Virus record (IMG/VR): IMGVR_UViG_2875473743_000002
Location: 12,292 to 76,291 of that record
Strand: one strand, 5' to 3'
DNA length: 64,000 bases
Origin: a virus
Both the position numbers and the translations under genes were made by a program. The notes beneath the pieces are model-generated. The model saw only the letters and a list, made by a program, of their open reading frames with translations, had not been told where the DNA came from and ran no database searches. Positions 56,694 through 64,000 of this stretch are shown piece after piece. How positions within the stretch are numbered: the first letter of the stretch is position 1; the number at the start of each line of letters is the position of its first letter.

Positions 56694-57512
56694 ATGCATT
56701 ATTTAGCGGAACACCAAACGTTCGACTCGACGGCCGAACTCAACGCGGCTGTCTACGAACACATCAAGCGCAATACATACGAATTAAACGACACCGACCG
56801 GTTCACGCTGAAGACGATCGCTCGCTATGCGGTCAAATTTGCCGGAGCTGCGCATCTCAAAGCGGAGACACTTGCGGACCTGATCGGAAAGTCCGTCAAG
56901 ACTGCGCGTCGTGCCGTCAACAAACTCGCATCACTTTCGATCATCCAGAAGATCGCAACAACTCGGAAAATAAACGGCGGCCACGGCGCCAATATCATCG
57001 TCATTCTCCCGGTCGGAAGAAGAGTCGAGGACACGCAACTGTCCGAAGATGACCAGTCGACAATGACCACGCGTGGGGATGCCGAAAAGCCAACGGAGCC
57101 AACGGATGAAGCGCCTAAAATTACGAATGAACCATCGGATTCTATAAATCTTTCAAAAAATCACGTAATAGATACGGTGCCGGCCTGCGGTCTTAAAAAT
57201 GCGTTACCAAGCGAAATCTACTCCGCAATGGCGCGCTACTTCGAAGCAGACGAAATTTATAAATACTACGGAATCTTATTGCGGGCTAAGGCAAGCGTAG
57301 ATCCGACACTGATACTCGAAGAACATCCGCAGCCATTCGTTGAAGCGTGGCATGCAGCGATTCTCAAACGAAAACAGCGGAAAATTAGACGCTTTGACGA
57401 CTACCTATACGCTAGCTTCCGACAAGCCGCATGGACAGTAAAAGCCCGTGAAAATCGCGTTAAAAACGTTGGGCTATTGGCGGAGTTCGAAACGTTCCTC
57501 CAAGCGGAATAG
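56694..57512 (+). CDS. wHTH replication-initiator-like protein
   Basis: LKAETLADLIGKSVKTARRAVNKL HTH; helical C-terminal domain. Confidence 0.6.
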   Translation: MHYLAEHQTFDSTAELNAAVYEHIKRNTYELNDTDRFTLKTIARYAVKFAGAAHLKAETLADLIGKSVKTARRAVNKLASLSIIQKIATTRKINGGHGANIIVILPVGRRVEDTQLSEDDQSTMTTRGDAEKPTEPTDEAPKITNEPSDSINLSKNHVIDTVPACGLKNALPSEIYSAMARYFEADEIYKYYGILLRAKASVDPTLILEEHPQPFVEAWHAAILKRKQRKIRRFDDYLYASFRQAAWTVKARENRVKNVGLLAEFETFLQAE

Positions 57513-57520
57513 ATTGCGTA

Positions 57521-57534
57521 AGAACATTTGTTCG
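57521..57534 (+). promoter_or_regulatory. LexA box overlapping the yolD-like promoter
   Basis: AGAACATTTGTTCG between TTGCGT and TGtTATACT. Confidence 0.8.
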
Positions 57535-57584
57535 TGTTATACTTTCGTCATAGATAACGAATAGGACCGAAGGAGGAACCACGA

Positions 57585-57914
57585 ATGACATTACGCGATA
57601 GAGGGACGATGAAATGGACGTCTATATTCTTGCCGGAGCACATTTCACAGCTTAGGCGCCTTAAATCCGAAATCGATCACGCATATGAGCGGAAGCCGTC
57701 GATTGATCCGGAGCAGTGGTCGGACTTTGAATCGAAAATACAATACGCATACAGGACCGGCCAGGATTGTGAGATCCGTTACTGGCGGAATTGGGTGACG
57801 GAAAGGGTGAGCGGCGTGATTGAATCCGTGGATCCGGTCGGAGGGACATTGCGGATTGACGGCGTTGACATACCGTTCAGGGAGATCGTGTGGGTTGCGT
57901 TGGAGGACGTGTGA
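57585..57914 (+). CDS. YolD-like protein
   Basis: RDRGTMKWTSIFLPEH signature. Confidence 0.88.
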   Translation: MTLRDRGTMKWTSIFLPEHISQLRRLKSEIDHAYERKPSIDPEQWSDFESKIQYAYRTGQDCEIRYWRNWVTERVSGVIESVDPVGGTLRIDGVDIPFREIVWVALEDV

Positions 57915-58049
57915 TCTCGTCACAATTTACGACAAACACATCAGTGCGCACGATTTTTATTTTGCGAAACTTAAAACGTAGCTACTAATGGAGGAAAAAC
58001 GTTAATATTGCACGGATTTAATATTTCGCAAAAAATTTGGTCGTGCGTA

Positions 58050-58078
58050 TTGACACCTACGGAATACCGTGATATATT
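58050..58078 (+). promoter_or_regulatory. Strong SigA promoter upstream of the tRNA
   Basis: TTGACA-17-TATATT with TG extension. Confidence 0.75.
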
Positions 58079-58218
58079 AGTATTCGTCGGTGACGATCCG
58101 GATGCGTACGATTGACATAGCGCTTAATATGACGCGCGATAATCGTATATCAAACGAATCATACGCACATACACCGAATCTTACGAAACGGTATAGGGTC
58201 AGATCGCCCAACACACAT

Positions 58219-58300
58219 GCCGGTGTGGCGGAATTGGCAGACGCGCACGACTCAAAATCGTGTTCCTTCGGGAGTGTCGGTTCGACCCCGACCACCGGTA
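58219..58300 (+). tRNA. tRNA-Leu (CAA)
   Basis: Acceptor GCCGGTG/CACCGGT, anticodon arm CACGA-CTCAAAA-TCGTG, long variable arm, TTCG T-loop; CCA not encoded (TCA follows). Confidence 0.97.
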
Positions 58301-58328
58301 TCACTAAACATCGTATTGCCAAACGATG

Positions 58329-58361
58329 AAAGAGCGTTCCTACAAAAGGAGCGCTCTTTTT
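58329..58361 (+). terminator. Intrinsic terminator after the tRNA
   Basis: AAGAGCG...CGCTCTTTTT. Confidence 0.8.
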
Positions 58362-58629
58362 ATTTATTCCTTATCTTGGAACGAAGCCGTAAGAATTTTT
58401 TCTTAAGGACTGCGAGCTCCGGAAGCTACGGGAACATACCGTGAGATTTATCGAAATGAGCTTAATACGGTGCAGAAACTTTTACAAAAGCAAAAATATA
58501 TCTGATGATTTATTATCTATTTATAGGGCGAAAAGTAAATTATTGATACAAACTTCTTTGCAAAGATTGGTAACTTTCTGTAAAATGTTCTCATAGCGAT
58601 AGAGGCAGTAAAGTGTGGGAGGTTTGACA

Positions 58630-59670
58630 ATGAAAGCAGCAGCCTCTGTGAACGTAGCCAATCTCATCAATCAGTGGTATGTTCACATAAAAAAGAGAGA
58701 TGTTTCAAATGCCGTAGAACTTAGGGACAGAATAAAAGGCCTTTTAAACGTAATGGAAGAAGATCAGGATGTTTTGCTTTACTTTAATCTACTTGATTAC
58801 AGGTTCAGAGTATTAATGGAAGACGTCGCGGGGGAGCCGCAGCTTCCGCCTATTGCTGAAGATAAGGCGAAGACAGACGGTTTGTTACGATACTATTACT
58901 TTCTCTTTAAAGGAATGTATGAAAGTGCGAGGAGCAACTACTCTAAAGCGCTTAATTGTTTTAGAGTTGCCGAGCGGCAGCTCGATAATGTCGAAGATGA
59001 AATCGAAAAGGCCGAGTTTCATTATAAGCTTGGAAATCTCTATTATTTTACGAAAACAACTCTACTTTCTTTTCATCATCTTTCAATCGCGAAGAGCATT
59101 TATAGGGCTTATGAAGAATATAAGACACAGTCGATAAACTGTACGGTGCTGCTCGCACTCAATTATATAGACGACGGACGTTTAACAAGAGCTGAAAATA
59201 TGCTTAAGAGTTGCGCAGAAAGACTGATCAAGATGGGCGATAATCATCTGCTGGCGGCTGTCTACTATGATCTCGGCTTTTTAAAAATTCAAGAGGATAA
59301 ACATGAAGAAGCACTCGAGTATTTCGACCTCTCATTTAAAACGGATGATATCGAAAAAAATGCGCCTATTATGTACATGCAGTGCATATACGAGTCAGCT
59401 AGGTCAACTTATAAGATAGGTGAGGTTGATAAGGCGCTTAAGTGGGTTCATCTTGGTTTTGAGTTTGCTCAGAAAACGGATAATATCAACTTTTCGCTCA
59501 AATTCTCGATTCTAAATATATGCTATAGCGCTCCCATCGAGGGTGTACCGCAAGTAAAAGAGTTTATCGAAATGCTCGAGGAGAGAGAGGCTTACGTAGA
59601 CATTGAGGCGCTTGCTGAGGATGTGGCCAACGTCTACAGCTCATTAAATAATTACAAATATTCCACATAA
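58630..59670 (+). CDS. rap: Rap-family TPR regulator, truncated by a premature stop
   Basis: MEEDQDVLLYFNLLDYRF, EKAEFHYK; frame continues past TAA to 59724. Confidence 0.9.
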   Translation: MKAAASVNVANLINQWYVHIKKRDVSNAVELRDRIKGLLNVMEEDQDVLLYFNLLDYRFRVLMEDVAGEPQLPPIAEDKAKTDGLLRYYYFLFKGMYESARSNYSKALNCFRVAERQLDNVEDEIEKAEFHYKLGNLYYFTKTTLLSFHHLSIAKSIYRAYEEYKTQSINCTVLLALNYIDDGRLTRAENMLKSCAERLIKMGDNHLLAAVYYDLGFLKIQEDKHEEALEYFDLSFKTDDIEKNAPIMYMQCIYESARSTYKIGEVDKALKWVHLGFEFAQKTDNINFSLKFSILNICYSAPIEGVPQVKEFIEMLEEREAYVDIEALAEDVANVYSSLNNYKYST

Positions 59671-59724
59671 TTCTTGGAAAAAGCAATAAAATCAAGTAAA
59701 CTAACAGGAAAGGAGGTTCTTTAA

Positions 59725-59862
59725 ATGAAAAAACTTATTGTAACTGCTTTCCTTACTGCATCGCTTGGACTCGTTTTAACCAGCGCAGCAGACTTCCTCG
59801 CAGAAAGTATCCAAACAGCAGACTCAGTAACATTACTTGCCTCAAGAGGAGCGGGCTCATAA
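59725..59862 (+). CDS. phr: Phr signalling pro-peptide (45 aa, C-terminus LASRGAGS)
   Basis: SD AAGGAGG inside rap 3' end; MKK plus hydrophobic signal; terminator follows. Confidence 0.85.
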   Translation: MKKLIVTAFLTASLGLVLTSAADFLAESIQTADSVTLLASRGAGS

Positions 59863-60041
59863 AACAAAAATACAACAGTAAGAGGGCGGCTATTACAGCC
59901 GTCTTTTTTATGATTTCAGTTTTCTTGGTAACTTGAATGCTATACTATAGTTATATCTAAAATGCGAAGTTAACGCTATGCTAGACCGTAATGGCTTATT
60001 ATATCGAATATACCGCGGGCTAGGGCTTTCCGATAGAATCG

Positions 60042-60098
60042 GCACGACTCAAATTCGTGTTCCTTCGAGAGTGTCGGTTGACCCCGACCACCGGAATC
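60042..60098 (+). repeat. Degenerate copy of the tRNA-Leu 3' portion (att-like)
   Basis: Matches 58245-58302 with 3 substitutions and 1 deletion. Confidence 0.9.
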
Positions 60099-60099
60099 C

Positions 60100-60400
60100 T
60101 TAGCTCTTTTTAAAGAATTGGATAGAAAACGTTATGATTTGAAATGGTTTTGCACATTCTTTACACATACACATCCTCAACTTCTTCAGGCTTTTCAACT
60201 TCCTCAACAGCCTATCTTCAAAAATGTTTACTGTCTCAGTTTCATCTCTTTCCCGAAGCTCTTTAATTAAGTGAGCATATGTATTTGACGTGGTTTCTAT
60301 ATCAGCATGTCCTAATTTCACTTACATAATAAATTGACACCTTTCTATAAAGCTGCACGCTTGTGAGTGTGCCTTAATCCATGAATTGTAGTCGGTTGAA
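60100..60400 (-). pseudogene. Tyrosine integrase C-terminal remnant
   Basis: IHGLRH...LGHADIETTSNTYAHL with frame disruption. Confidence 0.8.
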
Positions 60401-60479
60401 ATACTCAATTTCGCTAGTACGCCATTCTATATTCGGGATTCAAACGGTGAAATTGGTATCGCGCGCCGGCAATGTACAA

Positions 60480-60840
60480 GTGAATATAAAATACAGCCTG
60501 TAAACAGGGAAATTCGCTTGTTGCTTGGCTACAAGCTAAGGCAGCTCATAAAAGAAGTAGTACATCTTTGTAAAGGGATCAGCACTGACGAGACTCAAAG
60601 AGTTAAGCCGAGTCGGGAATGCTGGCAGATAGCTGAGCATCCACTGGTTGATGTGGCTTTCATAGATCGATCGCGCTACATCACTTATGTTGAACGCGAG
60701 GGGTTTATAACACATGCAAAATCTAATTGTATCGGCTGTCCTTTCCATGTTTTCAATACATGGCAAAATATGAATATAAAAGATCCAGTTTCATGGAATG
60801 ACGCGGTGGAAATAGATTGACTCATCAGGCGGCTCCCGCA
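60480..60840 (+). pseudogene. Decayed phage gene (CIGCPFH-containing, PAPS-reductase-like family)
   Basis: SNCIGCPFH..W....KDPVSWNDAVEID fragment, no intact N-terminus. Confidence 0.4.
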
Positions 60841-61929
60841 CTTTAAAAATAATGCTTTTCTTCATAAGTCCGGGAAGACGGTGGAGGAAGTTGATTTCAA
60901 CGAGAATTAGCTCAACATTGATCACTTTTTGAATGAATTTGAGGGGATGTTGGTGTTGATCGAATACAGCTGACGTGAGTAAAAAGGCCTGCTGTTCCAA
61001 CTATGGGTGCAGCAAGGGGCATTGAGGAGGATATCATATCTTGATAAAATTAGTAGGATAAAGAAAAAGAAGGTGTTAATAAGTGAATCTTTTGGAAATC
61101 TTTAATGAATTATTGAGTTCTTTTGGAGTTCCGACCGTTGTTATTTTTTTATTTTATTTATAATAACAGCTTTTAGAGTATTCCAGCCGATACTTTGTTT
61201 TCTTCAGTTGTTTTTGAACAAAAGCTTTTTTCAAAGGAAAGAATGTTCATTGTCAGAGCATGTATGTATGTGGTTTATACGTTTGCTTGGATGGTCATTT
61301 TTGTATCTTTAGGTGAGACATTAAAAAAAAGTTTAATTTGGATTATAACGAAAATTTGTCTGTACGGCTGAAATATTAATTGCAGTAAACGTCTTTGTTC
61401 TTTTAACTTTGAATCTAGTAAAAAAACCAGAGCATACTTTATTTAAAATAAAGTCTAATAGATACTTCAAATTTTTCATGACTTGTTCATATTTGATTTT
61501 TTTATTCATTTTTTATACTGAGATATATTTGTTGCTTTCTTTTTCTCAGTTTAATGATGTTAAATCTTTAACTGTTGGGATAGTAATGTATTTTATTGCT
61601 TGTGCTCAGTGCCTATCTTTTCAACAATTGTATTAAATACGGTTGACTAGTCAACTAAGAAAAATGTATTCATAGAGGATGAAAATAATCAAGTTTGGTA
61701 TATATTGCATCCAATCAATAAGGAAGTCATTTTATTGGGAAACGAATCTGAGCCTACGCTGTGTAATGAAATTAGAGGAACTATATAAAGTACCCATTAA
61801 GATTGAGAAAATTAATAATTAAGTCCAAGATGGAATGCCTGCGGACACTGAACTTACAGCTTTTACGCTGTTTGTTTGGTGTCCGTTTTTTATTTGTCAT
61901 GCATGTGGTTTTAGTGAAAGGAGAAGAAG

Positions 61930-62470
61930 ACATGAAACCCAATAAAAGAAAACCACCTTGAAAAAACGCAGGAGCACTCTGAGCGCTTTTGGCGAGAGAT
62001 TACGGACAAAAACAAGCAAATTCTTAAAAGAGGCAAAGGCGGCGCTTAATTACAGAGTGGTTCTTCTGCAAGTACCAGATGATCTTCTGCCGAAAGTCAC
62101 GGCGGGCTTTAACCATTTCCTCGCGCTGCTAGCTCGTGATTCCTAAAAAGGATGACGACAAGCCGAAATCAAAAGAGGAAGAGCGGTTCGGGGGCCGGAT
62201 GTAATGCAAGAGGTCACCTCTGAAATTCTGATTGAGCGTTATGGGCTTAGCGAAAAAATACTTTCCGGTGAGATAAAGGCTTGTCAAAAGCATAAATGGG
62301 CTGTGCAGCGATTTTTTAAAGATGTCGAGGTGTTAGCGGACCCGGATTGCCCCTATTATTTTGATGCTGAAGCGGTGCTGGATTTTTACGAATGGGCGCG
62401 GCAGGTTCAGACATGTTGAGGGGATGCATCGGGTATTTATTGCCGGATGCTCACGGGAGCAGACAGACGA
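61930..62470 (+). pseudogene. Terminase small/large subunit remnants
   Basis: ILSGEIKACQKHKWAVQRF...FDAEAVLDFYEW, then frameshift. Confidence 0.65.
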
Positions 62471-62579
62471 ATTTTACCAGGCAATTTTTGAACAGGTATT
62501 GCGAAATATCTCGGCCTTTGTGGTGGATCAAGCAACCGGCAACATCGGCCCCGAAAAAGAAAGCACGAAAAAGCAGGAG

Positions 62580-62763
62580 CAAAAAAGTACCCATTCCGCC
62601 CGGAATTTACAAAAGCCTAATTATGAAGGGAACGGCCGTCCGACAGATTCAGGAGGCTTTAGCTGCCCTCTATTTCTATCCGGACAAAGGCGCTAAAAAT
62701 AACGGCATTGATGTCTATTACGGAACGAAGACAAAGGCGCAGCTCGAGTCGCTATTGGTTTAA
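62580..62763 (+). pseudogene. Endolysin PG-binding domain remnant
   Basis: [23 protein letters not shown], near-identical to the endolysin at about 52270-52350. Confidence 0.75.
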
Positions 62764-62821
62764 TACAAAAAGGCCCTCTTTCAAGAGGGCCTAGATTTTA
62801 TAAATTCCAACGTGTCAATTG

Positions 62822-63160
62822 TTATTCATCACTGTCTAATTCCCATATTGTGTTACCGTCTACTAAGATCTTATTCGGTGTATCTTCATAAAGAGAAATT
62901 TCAACTAGGGAGTTTTTCTCTTCCAATAGCCAATTATATAGACTATCTTCTTCATTATTAACGGGAGGAGATAAAACCTTATTTACTTGAAAAGCCGTTG
63001 CGTAATATTCTTTATAATTGATATCATCATCCTGCAGACCGTTGTCTGTTTCGAAAAATGTATCAGTTTTACCAATTACTCTTAATCCATTTTCCCATTC
63101 TAATATAAGTTCTCTATCTTTGTATTTTAATAATGTTTTGAATAAAGAATCAGGTTCCAT
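62822..63160 (-). CDS. Candidate immunity protein for the upstream toxin
   Basis: Acidic 112-aa ORF immediately downstream of the toxin; SD GAGGA. Confidence 0.65.
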   Translation of the reverse strand: MEPDSLFKTLLKYKDRELILEWENGLRVIGKTDTFFETDNGLQDDDINYKEYYATAFQVNKVLSPPVNNEEDSLYNWLLEEKNSLVEISLYEDTPNKILVDGNTIWELDSDE

Positions 63161-63185
63161 GTATATCCTCTTTTCCTATATTTAT

Positions 63186-64000
63186 TTAAGACGGTTGTGA
63201 AGGTACTATATGAGCGCCGTTTTTTCCATAATGTATCATGCCTCTTGTAGTCTCTTCATATTTACGGGTCTCTGTATTATAGTATTTTCCTATTACTTGA
63301 CCAAAATCCACTCTTTCTTTGTTTCCTTTTTTTAACATATCTCCTGTGCCAGCATATTTATCAAGCAACTCTTGCGCTTTTTTATTATCCCCGTAGAAGA
63401 TACTCTTGGTTCTGCCATTTGCAACTTCTTGTTTATAATTTGGTGTTCCTGGAATATGTTTTTCTTGAGCTCCTGGTTTAACTTTTGCAGGGAAACCATT
63501 TACTTCACGGTACGGACCTTTTGGTACGGATTGTTTGCCATAGGAAGGTGTTTTATCTACCTTCGCAACTTTCTTTCCCGCCTCTTCACCTTTAAATAAC
63601 TTAAATCCTTTTTTCCCGTACTTTAGCAACCGACCAACAGGTGTTAAAGAAGTTCCGGACGCAGCACGCTCGACATTAGAGACTTTTTCACCTGTGTCCG
63701 GATCTCTGCCTGTTATGACCCGAACCGCATCATTACCGCCCGCTATTTCTTTTGCAACAAAATCCCCTATATCATTTACTGGTTCTAAAGGAGTTCCTTC
63801 AAAATCTCGCTTAAGATTCCCTTGGCTTCGACTTTTTGGAATACGTTTAACAGCTTCCATCTCTACTTTACCGTTTACAATGTACTCTCTTACGATTTGA
63901 CCATTTTCATATACATGGTAACGCCCACCGATATATTTAATGTCTGCCGGATTTTGAACCACTTCATCGGCGACATCAACTGTTTTGACCCTTTTCCATC
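63186..64000 (-). CDS. Polymorphic toxin 3' part (pre-toxin TG + Ntox50-like nuclease), 5' end outside window
   Basis: ITGRDPDTGEK (PT-TG); QEKHIPG...IHYGKNGAHIVP; frame open to the window edge. Confidence 0.8.
   Translation of the reverse strand, partial: WKRVKTVDVADEVVQNPADIKYIGGRYHVYENGQIVREYIVNGKVEMEAVKRIPKSRSQGNLKRDFEGTPLEPVNDIGDFVAKEIAGGNDAVRVITGRDPDTGEKVSNVERAASGTSLTPVGRLLKYGKKGFKLFKGEEAGKKVAKVDKTPSYGKQSVPKGPYREVNGFPAKVKPGAQEKHIPGTPNYKQEVANGRTKSIFYGDNKKAQELLDKYAGTGDMLKKGNKERVDFGQVIGKYYNTETRKYEETTRGMIHYGKNGAHIVPSQPS

Larger units (their letters stand above)
1..58300. mobile_element. Temperate siphovirus-type prophage (left end outside window; right end at or near tRNA-Leu)
   Basis: Ordered immunity, replication, nucleotide-metabolism, packaging, HK97-type head, tail and lysis modules, ending just before a tRNA. 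Confidence 0.93.

Noticed and set aside
58112-58143. Second TTGACA promoter before the tRNA
   Set aside because: No -10 hexamer at 16-18 bp spacing
58630-59862. Arbitrium AimR-AimP system
   Set aside because: The receptor has the Rap N-terminal bundle (DQDVLLYFNLL) rather than an AimR HTH, no aimX-like locus is evident, and it lies outside the prophage

Overview
The window is Bacillus subtilis-group DNA (species not determinable from sequence alone). Positions 1 to about 58300 are one temperate siphovirus-type prophage whose left end, and probably its integrase, lie outside the window. Its modules run in this order: ImmA/ImmR-like immunity switch; sigma-like early gene; SSB, family-A DNA polymerase, nucleases and resolvase; nucleotide metabolism (nrdI, nrdE split by a group I intron carrying an HNH gene, nrdF, dut, thyX, dNMP kinase-like); an accessory block; HK97-type head and long non-contractile tail; lysis; then more accessory genes, ending at an intact tRNA-Leu(CAA). 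Downstream are a 1.8-kb rap-phr islet bounded by tRNA repeats (rap has a premature stop), debris of an older prophage, and the 3' end of a polymorphic Ntox50-like toxin with its immunity gene. The strongest candidates for undescribed biology are four prophage accessory cassettes: (i) a type VII secretion-type lipase toxin with reversed domain order, a WXG100-like partner and a head-to-head DUF1433-like gene; (ii) a TarM/TagE-like GT4 wall-teichoic-acid glycosyltransferase with an unknown partner; (iii) a PemK/MazF-like toxin with an atypical charged partner, bounded by 22-bp direct repeats; (iv) an unannotated YonT/YoyJ/SR6-like type I toxin-antitoxin locus. Also visible are two +1 frameshift sites (capsid and tail), a tail-chaperone -1 site blocked by a stop codon, probable AUC/AUA start codons, and no helicase or primase, with an ISL3 scar at the expected position. 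Family assignments come from motif recognition, not database searches.
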